Shown here: piece by piece, positions 35,251-47,052 of the stretch
Numbering within the stretch: position 1 is the first letter of the stretch
Layout: the number at the start of each line of letters is the position of its first letter
Origin: Somniosus microcephalus
Lineage: Eukaryota
Length of the DNA: 64,000 nucleotides
NCBI GenBank assembly: GCA_052327205.1
Contig: JBMRGM010000035.1
Span: 52,452,001 to 52,516,000 of the forward strand
Reading direction: 5' to 3'
Notes under the pieces: model-generated
Told to the model about the DNA's origin: nothing
Databases searched by the model: none
What the model saw: the letters and a program-made list of their open reading frames with translations, nothing else
Program-made: the position numbers and the translations under genes

Positions 35251-36482
35251 CGGGGCAACTCCTCTGCGGCAGCTATCTTAAACTTTTGCATGTTATCCAC
35301 TTCTGTCGCCCACCTAATTAAGTCTTCATAGTTGTTCATTGTAACAACTCCTAATCGTATGGCTGCCTGATGTGCGGGACCCAGTCCGGCTTTAAATGAC
35401 TGCAGGAAACATTGGTTCTCTGTGGTGGGGTTTCAGATGCCGGAACATCCCACAAACCTTTCCCATTTCCGTTTACTATAGTCTACGGCAGATTCCCCCT
35501 TCTCCTGAGTTATATTGGTTATGGCTGCCCAATTTACCGGCGCCTGTCCCATAACCTCTTCTACAGCTCGCTTGAATAACTCGTAGTTTTGGTCTAACTG
35601 TTGCGGGGTGAGATTACACTCCAGGCACCAAGTTCCGTCCCTGAAATTCACGGGCAATTGGTCCCAACGATCATCCGAAACTTTTGCTCGCACCAACTGG
35701 TTTACATCTTTATTGTGTAAACTATGACTGATCCTCAATTCCCTCATCTTTTGCCAAAATGGGTAGTTATTCCCCCGATGTTGCAGCTGGGGTAATTTAT
35801 CCACCAGCATTTGTTTCTCTAAGGGTTTGAAGGGCTGGTAGGTAGTTCGAATTATCTGGGGTCTTGCCGGAACTGCAGGGACCGCTGGAATTTCCAGTTT
35901 GTCTCCTGCCGTGGGGATCATGGCGGTACCGGGAATCTCTGGGTGTCCTGGGATTACTTCAGTTTTTACCGGGGCCACTTTTACCGTGCGGTCCAGCGGA
36001 TTATAGGGTGGTGGGAAATTATTTTCTTCTGGCCAAGGCAGTGGCTCCAGCCAGTCCCTTTCCTTACTATCTCCTGCTGATTTCTCTCCTAACCCACCCC
36101 CATCTATATTACCTTTTCCCAGTAGGTTTGGGTATAGGGACGTACTGCTGGAACTGGCTGCCGCCACCAGGTGTCCCTCTCCTCCTGGTTTGGGAGTTGT
36201 AACTTCTTTCTCTTCCCTTTCTCCCTTTTCCTTCTGTTTCAACTCATTACATAGTTTCTGGTAACCAGCTAAAACTACCATTCCCCCTTTCCCCTCTTTA
36301 TCTCTGCATTGTCCTCTCCGCCAAGCTCTTTGGCTCTCTGCACTATCTTCAGGATCCCATCCTTTTTCATATTTTCGATAAATGTTCGATTCTTGTCCGC
36401 TAAATAGCGGGTGACGGAGCCGGGATCTCCCCAAGGGGACAGTCCCTTCTCCTGTATCTCTGCATTCCCTTTCGGCATTCAA
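35250..36482 (-). pseudogene. gag: gag (frameshifted near the 5' end, internal stop)
   Basis: LYPNL and PPPY late-domain-like motifs, MHR-like ITQEKGESAVDY, position between PBS and pro. Confidence 0.8.
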
Positions 36483-37075
36483 TATAGCTTCTGACTAACT
36501 TCTCAATGGTTCTTATATTACCCTATCACTCACTCACACACACTTATTTTGCACACACTCACTCGTCACGGGGTCACGATCCTGTGGTGTTTCGTTCCCT
36601 ACACCTACTTGGTCCTGGCCGTCACGTGGGACTACGTCCGCTTAATTCGGGCTCAGGCTAGGCGTTTAGGATAGACAACCACCCTTGTCCGTGTTGGTCA
36701 CCCCGTGACTCCCAAGGATCCACTATTCGTAGGAGTTACCGCCCACTTAACCACCTCTTTACCCTAGACGCCTTGCCATCTTAACGGCTCTGAGGATTTG
36801 GTTTGCCACCTCCCGGCTTCCTCGTAGGTCTTTATAGCCCACTTATCTGCCTCTTTATCCTAGAGGCCTTGCCGTCTTAACGGCTCTGAGGATTCGCCGC
36901 CTCCCGGCTCACCAGACCGCACCCCCTTTCTCGAGTCTGTCTCTAATTTAGTTCTTTTAATCACAGCTTTACCAGATCTCACAGTACGTTCTGAGCTTTC
37001 TAATTTATGGGTGGTAATTTAAAATGTACTCACCCTTCTTAGCTCGTCGTTCCTGTGGACCGGTCAGAGTCTGTT

Positions 37076-37093
37076 ATCCTGTTCGTGACGCCA
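37076..37093 (-). promoter_or_regulatory. Primer binding site complementary to the 3' end of tRNA-Ser(CGA)
   Basis: Minus strand TGGCGTCACGAACAGGAT, 2 nt from the LTR end. Plus strand ATCCTGTTCGTGACGCCA matches the 3' 18 nt of a vertebrate tRNA-Ser(CGA) as I recall it. Splice donor AAGG|GTGAGT nearby at about 37033. Confidence 0.82.
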
Positions 37094-37095
37094 AT

Positions 37096-37969
37096 TGTTG
37101 TATCCTGAAAAGTGGACCTGGTGTTGTGCCAGGTCAACACTTAACCCTTTCCCCCTCAGAGCGGACTAAGTGATATACAAAGTCGACGCTTACCTTTGGT
37201 ACAGATGACAGACTTTGAGTGAAGGATGGTTCAAAATGCTCTTTATTCACAGGCCTGGGGAGAACCTTCTGAGACCCCTCTCAGATTCAACTCCACCGAT
37301 TCCTTAGCAACAATCACAGTTATACAAAAATCAAACCCCCTCCCTAGGGGCAGGGATAAAGCTTATCAGCATATACAGAGTTACAGCTAAATGACTATTA
37401 TAAACCGTGACATTTCATCATCTTGCCGCCCACAAATCCCACATTTCTGTTATCGGTTGGTCCCGTCACCTCCTGCGACTGTGGGGCCTCATCTTAATTG
37501 CTCTACAACCATCCATTTGCTCGTAGCCAGGTGGTTTTGCTTGTTACATGTTGTCTTAAGATAACAGCCCTCGTTAAGGCGTGCAAAGCACAGACTTTGG
37601 CCTCATCTCGGGTTACCTCTGCAAAGCAAGCACACTCAAGATTAGTCCCACCATGCTTTGAAGAATGGAACCCTATTGTGATTTACAGCAAATTAATTCT
37701 TAGATGCGTTATCTCGCATATGTATTGTCTCGCCTGGCCAGACATCCTCCTCAATCTTCCCATGAGTTGTCCTGCAGTTTAATCTCTCAGCACTTGAAGT
37801 CACTTAATTATGTTTTAAAACTTAGCTGGGTAAATGCAATATACAGTCCTCTATATCGTTTAACTCAGGGTAGGGATTAACCCATTATCTCCACCTTGTA
37901 CATTGGTGCTGCATTATACATATTCTAACATTAAAAATAAATTATATATATTCTAACATACAAACTAAG
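37096..37969 (-). repeat. Provirus 5' LTR, missing about 25 bp at the U3 start
   Basis: Collinear with 27855-28731. Similarity stops at AAACTAAG, where CR1 sequence begins, so no TSD can be checked. Confidence 0.9.
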
Positions 37970-38470
37970 GTACTGCCTACCACTCGGAAAAAGACCCGTT
38001 TATTCCAACAGTTTGCTTTCTGTCAGCCAACCAGTTCTCTATCCAAGTCAATACCTTGCCCCCAATCCCATGTGCCTTAACTTTACACGCTAATCTCTTA
38101 TGCAGGACCTTATCGAAAGCCTTCTGAAAGTCCAAATACACCACATCCACTGGTTCTCCCTTATCTATCCTCAAAAAATTCCAGGAGATTCGTCAAGCAC
38201 GATTTACCTTTTGTAAATCAATGTTGACTTTGTCCGATCCTGTCACTGTTTTCCAAGTGCTCTGCTATTACATCATTTATAATGGACTCTAGCATTTCCC
38301 CCACTACCGATGTCAGGCTTTTCTCTCAGCACCTTTTTTGAATAGTGGGGTAACATTAGCTACCCTCCAATCCATGGGTACTGTTCCAGATTACATCGAA
38401 TGCTGGAAGATGATCAGCAGTGCATCTATTATTTCTGGGGCCACTTCCTTAAGTACCCTAGGATGTAGAT

Positions 38471-41071
38471 TAGGGTTGCAAAGGGGTGGAAAGTTTCCGG
38501 TAAATTTCCGGAAATTTTCCACGGGAAGTTTAGCTTGGGAATTTTGCCCAAAAAAGCACATGCTAGCATAATATTGTTTTTTTTGTATTTTTTTTCCCAC
38601 AGGTCCTCTCTTAAAATTACTAACAGAGATGGAATCTTAATTATTAAGGAATTTCTTAATCAATATATGTTTATCTTACTTGGCTTGTTTTAATAATTAC
38701 AACTTTTGTGTATGACTGTGAACAAATGTGTCCTGATTGGTTGGATGAGCGATTAGCTCCCTCTATTTGTAACATTTGCATATCGAATTGTGATTGGCCT
38801 GCAGGCATCTGTAAGACTGCTATAGTTTTTTTAAGATCCAGGTTAGGGGTCCTGAGGGAAGTCATTTTGTTTTCTGCTGATGTTGTGATGATGCAGTAAG
38901 TAAATCAGACTTTATACCAAATAAACCAGTTACTTGTTGAACTCTGTTGTCCTTCAATTTAAAATATACAAAATAATACACTATTGGTGATGTAGCGTCG
39001 TGTGTGTACAAGTCATGCTTCCATCACATGGAGCATCAGCAAAAATGTACTCACCCTGTTGCAAAAGAATGCCACAAAGATGCAGCAGCATTTATCCAAA
39101 TGCAACAACTTCACTCAAAGCTCACAGCAGTCAGCCCAGAGTTCCTCTGCTTCCATTCAAGAAGATGATGGTTCTCATTCAGTATCAGGCTCCTTATCAT
39201 CAGCAACTCCTGGCCCACTTGGAAGGTTCTTTGATACAATGGATAACCATAGCCAGAAGAATGCAGATGAGTGCCTTGTTCGAGCTGTATATGCAACAGG
39301 CTCACCCCTCATGCTCACAGCCAATGTGTACTGGAAGAGATTTTTCAATGTTATTCGCCCTGCATACTGTCCTCCCACCAGACATGCTTTGTCTACTTAT
39401 TTGCTGGAGGCTGAGTATAACAGAGTCCAAGGAAAGCTCAAAGAAACGATAGCGATGGCAGACTGAGGTGCAGTTATCTCAGATGGGTGGTCAAATGTAC
39501 GAGGGGAGGGCATCATAAACTACATCGTCTCCACTCCTCTCTCAGTGTTCTTCAAGAGCACAGACACGAAGGACAACAGACACACAGGCACATACATTGC
39601 TGATGAGCTGAAAGCGGTCATCAACGATCTTGGATCACAAAAGGTCTTTGCAGTAGTTACTGACAATGCTGCGAATATGAAGGCTGCTTGGGCTCAAGTG
39701 GAGGAGGCCTACCCTCATATTACGTCTATTGGGTGCACAGCTCATGGGCTTAACCCGCTCCTCAAGGACATCATGGGTTTGAGAACCATGGAAGCACTGT
39801 ACAAGAGAGCCAAGCAAGTTGTTAAGTATGTCAGGGGAAAACAGGTAGTTGCAACAACCTACAACTCCAAGCAAATGACAAAGAACAAGAACACCACACT
39901 GAAGCTGCCCAACAACACTAGATGGGGTGGTGTTGTCATAATGTACAACAGCCTTCTGGAGGGTAAGGAGTCGCTGCAAGAAATGGCAATATCCCAGTCT
40001 GGGGATATGGAAACCACCATCAAGAAAATACTGCTGGATGATGTGTTTTGGGAGAGAGTGGTTAGCAGCCTTAAACTACTCTCACCAGTAGCATCTGCAA
40101 TTGCTCAGATTGAAGGAGATGACGCTGTCTTGTCAGATGTTCTCAGGCTTTTTACTGATTTAAAAGAACAAATCAGCATTGCCCTACCCACATCCCTGCT
40201 GCTCACAGCAGAGGAGAAGGCAATTGTTCAATTCATACAGACGCGTCAAGAATTTTGTGTCAAGCCGATTCATGCTGCAGCATACATGCTGGACCCAAAG
40301 CATGTTGGGAGACCAGTACTTTCTGGAGAACAGATCGACAGCGCTTAGTGTGATTTCTACCCTCTCACACCATCTCAATCTGGATGTGGGCAAAGTTCTG
40401 GGAAGTCTGGCAAAGTTCTCTACCAAGCAAGGTCTTTGGAATGGGGATGGGATATGGGAATCATGCAAGCATATCTGTGCACATACCTGGTGGAAGGGAC
40501 TTTGTGCATCTGAGGCCCTGTCACCAATTGCATCGGTGATACTCCAAATCCCACCATCAGCGGCCTCTGAACGAAACTGGTCACTTTTTGGGAATACGCA
40601 TACAAAGGTGCGCAACAGGCTGACTAACAAGAGAGTGGAGAAACTGGTGGCTATCCGGGCGAACCTACAACTTATTGAGCCAGATACAGAAGTGTCCACC
40701 ACACAGCTAGACACTGACACAGAGGAGGAAATGGACACGCCAGACCCAGAGTCAGAGAATCAGGAGGAGCAATGAGGAGTAGAAGACTCAGAAGACTCAA
40801 AGGGACAAAAAAAGGACAAATTACAGGCTAAATAAGCTGACGCTTTTTATTTTATTTTAGATGGGTCTTATTTGTGGGGGTTCAAAATTATAACCTAAAT
40901 AAAGTTTTGAAAGCCTGTTTTTATTTGTATGGAACAGTATGTCTATTTTGACGACAAAGATAATATAAGGGTCAGAGACAAAAACCATCAGTGTGCAAAA
41001 AAACTCAAAATTCCCATAAATTCCCATGGAAAGTTTCCTCTTTTAAAAATTCCCAGAATTTTGCAACCCTA
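38471..41071 (+). mobile_element. Full-length hAT DNA transposon, 8-bp TSD ATGTAGAT
   Basis: TIR TAGGGTTGCAAA / TTTGCAACCCTA. TSD at 38463-38470 and 41072-41079. Subterminal GGAAA/TTTCC repeats. Confidence 0.95.
39060..40775 (+). pseudogene. hAT transposase (DUF659-type catalytic region and C-terminal dimerization domain), disrupted
   Basis: KNATKMQQHLSKC (BED finger tail), ISDGWSN, VTDNAANM, CTAH, TRW, PPSAASERNWS...RNRL. Stop at 39464, frameshift near 40345, N-terminus apparently lost. Confidence 0.9.
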
Positions 41072-43459
41072 ATGTAGATTATCAGGCCCTGGGGATTTAT
41101 CGGCCTTCAATCCTATCAATTTCCCTAACACCATTTCCCTACAAATACTGATTTCTTTCAGTTCCTCCCTTTCATCAGACCCTATGTTCCCCGACATCTC
41201 TCGGAGGTTATTTGTGTCTTCCTTTGTGAAGACAGAACCAAAATATGTATTTAATTGGTCTGCTATTTCTTTGTTCCCCATTATTAATTCCCCTGATTCT
41301 GATTGCATGGGACCTACACTTGACTTCACCAATCTTTTTCTCTTCACATATCTATAAAAGCTTTTACAGTCAGTTTTTATGTTCCCTTGCAAGTTTACTC
41401 TCGTATTCTATTGTCCCCTTAATTAATCCCTTTGTCCTCCTTTGTTGAATCCTAAACTGCTCCCAATCCTCAGGTTTACTGCTTTTTCTGGCCAATTTAT
41501 ATGTCCTCCTTGGATCTTATGCTATCCCTAATTTCCCTTGTTAGCCACGGTTGAGTCACCTTTTTTTGTTTTATTTTTATGCCAAACTGGGATGAACAAA
41601 TTCTGTAGTTCACCCATGCGGTCTTTGAATGTTTGCCATTGCCTATCCACCGTCAACCGTTTGAGTGACATTCCCCAATCAATCCTACCCAACTCGCGCC
41701 TCAGACCTTCGTAGTTTCCATTATTTAAATTGAGGACCCTTGTTTCTGAGTCAACTACTTCATTCTCCATTTTAATGAAGAATTATATCATATATTGATC
41801 GCTCCGACCCAAGGGGCCTCGTACAACAAGATTGCTAATGAATCCTTTCTTGTTACATAATACCCAGTCTAAGATGGCCTGATCTCTGGTTGGTTCCTCG
41901 ACATATTGGTCCAGGAAACCATCCCGTAAACACTCCAGGAATTCCTCCTCCACAGTATTGTTACTAATTTGGTTAGCCCAATCTATATGTAGATTAAAGT
42001 CACCCATGATGACTGCTGTGCCCTTATTGCACGCTTCTCTAATTTCCCTTTTAATTCCATCCACAATCTCCGCTTACTGTATGGAGGTCTATATACCACT
42101 CCCACTAACGTTTTCTGCCCCTTGGTATTTCTCAGCTCTACCCATACAGATTCCACATCATCAGAGCAAATATCCTTCCTTACAATTGTGTTAATCCCTT
42201 CTTTAACCAGCAATGCTACCCCACCTCCCTTTCCGTTTTGCCTATCTTTCCTGAATATTGAATACTCCTGGATGTTGAGTTCCCAGCATTGGCCACCCTG
42301 GAGCCATGTTTTTGTAATCCCAATCAAATCATATTCGTTTACCTCTATTTGCACAACTAATTCATCCACCTTATGATGAAACACACTCACTGACATAGTG
42401 TGTACATCATAACCCACCGCCAGAGACACACTGTGAACTGTAATACACTTCTACTGACCTCAGGAATATTAACACTCTGACAGAGACCCCAGGTTAATAT
42501 CACACTCACTGCGACACTCTGTCCTTATGTTTATACTGCCAAATGCTGACAGTAATCAATAACACACTCCCACAGAGCATTGGCTCATATTTGCAATGAG
42601 AGGGAGAGAAAACCTCGTACATATTAACACAGTCCCGGTATAAATATTAACTGAATCACAGAATGCCTGGCATAAAATAAAACATTACCAAAGACAGTCT
42701 TTGTGCAATAAAATTCTGCTACAAATCCACAATAAATATTAACACCCGTTTAGAGACATATTGTTCATAGTGACACTCTGTCATGGATTTCCTGTGGGAA
42801 AATCTTGTTCACTCTCTCTACTTTCCCCTCATTCTCTCTCACTTATTCTATTTGCAGTATGTACTGGAGCTGACACTGAGACACACACGGGCTATACAGT
42901 GCCAGACAGGAGTGAAGCGTTCCCTTTTACCCGCTGTGTGCTGTACATATACAGGAGCTGATACTGAGACACACATGGGCCATATAGTACCAGATAGGAG
43001 TGAATTGTTCCTTCTACAAGCTGTGTACTGTATATCACAGAGTCAGAGAGTCCATCGCCACAGAAGGAGGCCATTCGGCCCATCAAGTCCATGCCGACTC
43101 GCTGTAGAGCAATCCAGTCAGTCCAATTGCCCCACTCTATCCCTGCAGCCCTGCAAGTTTATTTCCCTCAAGTGCTTATCAAACCTCCCTTTGAAAACAT
43201 TGAGTGTCTCCGCTTCCACCACTTCCGTCGGCAGTGAATTCCAGTTCAACACCACTCACTGTAAGAAGATTTTTCCTCACATTCCCCCCTGTATCAAATC
43301 TGTGTCCCCTAGTCCTTGTACCATCAACCAGTGAGAACAGCCTTTCCCCGTCTAGCCTTTCCAAACCCGTCATAATCTTGTACACCTTGTACATCTCTAT
43401 CAAATCACCACAAGGGAAGAAGATGTTACCATGTGCGGCGAGTCCAAAACTAGGGGTGA

Positions 43460-43715
43460 TCAGTGATATCTGCTCCTGCTATTGCCTGAAGACAGCTGAT
43501 TGACAGCGCAGCCCCCAATCGGGGCCCGGCGCAGCGACCCACACCCCACCCATTTTCGCAGTCGGAGGCGGGGTCGCTGCGCAGGGCCCCGATTGGTGGC
43601 TGCGGATTTGAATCCCGCATCCGTTAAACCGCCTCAGCGGCAGTGACGTCATGTAACCCGGCAACGCGGGCTTTGTGACATCAGCAGCCCAGCAATGGGG
43701 GCCCTCCCTGCCCCT
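43460..43715 (-). promoter_or_regulatory. CpG-island promoter copy 3, inverted and lacking the first exon
   Basis: Reverse complement of about 14404-14655 (GTGACGTCATGTAACCCGGCAAC, TTTGAA, CCAATCGGGGCCCGG). Confidence 0.75.
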
Positions 43716-44473
43716 GGTGCCAGGTTACTGAGGTCAGATTTGTACCACACTAGGCCGTAAATCGGTAGACTGCCTGTTCCGTGCCGAGCAAGTGCCTTCA
43801 AAAGCCTCTTAAACCCTTTCTCTCCGTCACTGCTTTCAATCCACCTACAACCTTAACCCGTGTGTGTGTGTTTCACCGTGTCTGTCTCTCAATATACAGA
43901 CACACAAAACCCTGCCTATCAATCTGAGTCTTGAATTTTTCCAGCTCCAGCTTCAACAGCTTTTTGGGGAGAGAATTCCCGATTTCTACTACCCTTTGTG
44001 TGAGGAAGTACTTCCTGACATCACACCTGATCGGCCTAGCTTTAATTTTAAGGTTTTGCCCCTTGTTCTGGACTCTCCCACCAGATGAAATAGTATTTCT
44101 TGATCATCTTAAACACCTCAGTGATATCACCCTTAATTTTCTATATTCAAGGAAGTAAAAGGCTAGTCTATGACACCTGTCCTCCTCATTTAAACCTTTC
44201 AGCCCGGGTATCATTGTGGTGAATCTGTGCCGAAACCCCGCAAAAGCTAATACATCATTCTTGAGGTACGAGGTTCAGAATGAAATGGGTTCTTCCCTTG
44301 CATGTTTTAGTATACTCGGATGTAATTCATCCAGTCCTGATGATTTATCATCTCTAAGTTTTACTAGTTTATAAATTCAGGAACAGAAATGGTATGGAGT
44401 GGGATGGGGGACAGAGTAATTGGCAATGTAGAGGGAGCTCTGTATTGTACCTGCCCTTGCAGTGCTCGATGCT

Positions 44474-46002
44474 CCAGGGTGGATAAAGGGGAACCAGTAG
44501 ATGTAATGTATTTGGATTTCCAGAAGGCATTCGATAAAGAACCGCATAAAAGTTTACTACACAAGATAAGAGCTCATGGTGTTGGGGGTACAGGAAACTT
44601 TTTTTTATCTGGGACCGACGTGGTGCCGGTTTATCAAAAATTCCGGATAACTGAGTGCTATAGTAAAAGATACGGAGAGCTGAGAGCTCCGTATAAAGCA
44701 ACAAACCCTGTTGCTTAGCAACAGGTGCAGAACAATGGCCACAAGTTCCAAGCATCTCTGTAGCTTAGCAACAGCTGCAGCCACACCCAATTGCACAGCA
44801 ACAGATCGAGGAAGGCAAGTAATATGAAGTAAAACTTACCTGAACCACCTACTGAATTTTGCCGGTTAACCGAGATTTCCGGTTATTTAGGTGCCGGTAA
44901 ATAGAAGTTTCCTGTAATATATTAGATTGGATAGGGGATTGGCTAACGAACAGAAAACAGAGAGTCGGAATAAATGGGTCATTTTCAGGTTGGCAAACTG
45001 TAACTAGTGGGGTGCCACAGGGATCAGTGCTGGGGCCTCAACTATTTACAATCTATTAATGACTTGGATGTACTGTAGCCAAATTTGCTGACAATACAAA
45101 GATAGGTGGGAAAGCAAGTTGTGAGGAGTACACAGAGTCTGCAAAGGGATATAGATAGGTTAAGTGAGTGGGCAAAAATTTGGCAGCTGGAGTATAATGT
45201 GAGAAAATGTGAGGTTATTCACTTTGGTAGGAAGAGTAAAAGAGCAAAATCTTATTTAAGTGGAGAGACTATAGAATGCTGCGGTACAGAGGGATCTGGG
45301 AGTCCTCGTCCATGAAACACAAAAAGTTAGCATGTAGGTACAGCAAGTAATTAGGAAGGCAAATGGAATATTGGCCTTTATTGCAGGGGGATGGAGTATA
45401 AAAGTAGGGAAGTCTTGCTGCAGCTGTACAGGGCGTTGGTGAGACCACACCTGGAGTACTGCGAACAGTTTGGGTCACCTTATTTAAGGAAGGATATACT
45501 TGCATTGGAGGCAGTTCAGAGACGGTTCAGGAGGTTGATTCTGGAGATGAAGGGGTTGTCTTATGAAGAAAGGTTGAGCAGGTTGGGCCTATACTCATTG
45601 GAGTTTAGGAGAATGAGAGGTGATCTTATTGAAACATAATATTCTGAGGGAGCTTGACAGGGTAGATGCAGGGAGGATGTTTCCTCTCGTGGGGGAATCT
45701 AGAAATAGGGGGCATAGTTTCAGAATAAGTGGTTGCCCATTTAAAATGGAGATGAGGAGGAATTTCTTCTCAGGGTTGTGAATCTTTGGAATTCTCTACC
45801 CCAGAGAGCTGTGGAGACTGTCATTGAATATATTCAAGGCGGAGATAGACAGATTTTTGAAAAACAGGGGAATCGAGGGTTATGGGGAAACGGCCGGAAA
45901 GTGGAGTTGAGGCCAAAATCAGATCGGCCATGATCTTGTTGAATGGCGGAGCAGGTTCGAGGGACCGAATGGCCAACTCCAGCTCCTATTTCTTATTTTC
46001 TT
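44474..46002 (+). mobile_element. Duplicate of the CR1 insertion at 10575-11775
   Basis: Same 5' junction (GATGCTCCAGGG.GGATAAAGGGGAACC) and same 3' flank (GCTGATACTCT). Confidence 0.88.
44591..44914. mobile_element. Tc1/mariner (Tigger-like) MITE with TA duplication
   Basis: TA|CAGGAAACTT...AAGTTTCCTG|TA. Absent from the paralogous CR1 at about 10690. Confidence 0.82.
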
Positions 46003-47052
46003 GTGCTGATACTCTATAAAGTGGAAGTAGAAACATAGGAACAGGAACAGGAGAAGGCATTCAGCTCCTCGAGCCTGTTCCCCCATTCAATGAAATCATG
46101 GCAGTTCTGTATCTTAACTGCATCCACCTGCCTTGGCTCAATATCCTTTTATACCCTTGCCTGGCAAAAATCTACCACTCTCAGAATTAAAATTATTAAT
46201 TGCGCTTGTATTTGCTTTTTGTTTGAGAGAATTCCACACTTCTACCACCCTTTGTGTGAAGAAGTGTTTCCTAACTTCTCCTGAATGGCCTGGATTTGAT
46301 TTTAAGACTATGTCCCCTTGTCCCAGACTCCTCCACCAGTGGAAATAGTTTCTCTCTCTCTACCTGAACAATTCCTTTCAACATCCTAAAAACCTGCATC
46401 AAATTAAATCACCCCTTAACCTTCTATATTCTAGGGAATATGTAATCTCTCCTCATAATGTAACCCTTGGAGCCCTGGTAACATTCTGGTCTATCTGTGC
46501 TGCACTCTCTCCAAGGCCAGTATATCCTTCCTGAGGTGCGGTGCCCAGAACTGAATGCAATTCTCCAGATGGGGTCTTTCCAGAACTCTCTACAGCTGAA
46601 GCACCAACATTCCATTAGCCTCTTTAATTATTATTGTACCCGTCCACTAGCTTTTACTGATTTAAGTACTTGGAGCTCTAAATCTCTCTGCTCATCCACA
46701 GCTCCTAGCTTCTCGCCAGTTAGAGAGGTGTATGTGTCTGTGTGTCAATCTGTGTGGCTGTGTATGCGTTTATTTGTATATTGTGATCTATGTATGTGTA
46801 CATGCTTGTGTATGTGCTTCTGTGGGCATGTCTCTACATGAGTGTGTCTGCATGTCTGTGGTTATGTGTGTCTATGTACATGTGGGTCTACGTTTGTGTC
46901 TGTGAGGTTGTCTGATCCACCATCCCTTTGCTCTGTTTCTTTCTAAATACGGTTCCGTACCAATGTGTCTGGGCCATTCACCTCCACAGAAAGTGCTGAA
47001 CTTTCTGTTTCAATTGGTGCATTCTCATTAATTTGATTCTGGTATTTAACAG

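Larger units (their letters stand above)
27855..37969 (-). mobile_element. Endogenous retrovirus-like provirus, lokiretrovirus-like (LTR-gag-pro-pol-orfX-env-LTR), decayed
   Basis: Two related LTRs of about 0.9 kb, tRNA-Ser PBS, PPT, gag, RT with YVDD, RNase H (YVDGS), integrase and an env with a furin site and TM segment. Confidence 0.9.
37975..42385 (-). mobile_element. CR1 ORF2 remnant (APE to RT), split by the hAT insertion
   Basis: Minus-strand ORFs with ITKTWL, GDFN, KSPGPD, YLDFQKAFDK. Confidence 0.85.

Noticed and set aside
37076-37093. tRNA gene
   Set aside because: Only the 3' 18 nt including CCA are present, next to an LTR, so it is a PBS.
42860-43035. Two-unit 88-bp direct repeat and the overlapping 183-aa ORF
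   Set aside because: A diverged local duplication that runs into a CR1 3' end, with no coding or structural signal.
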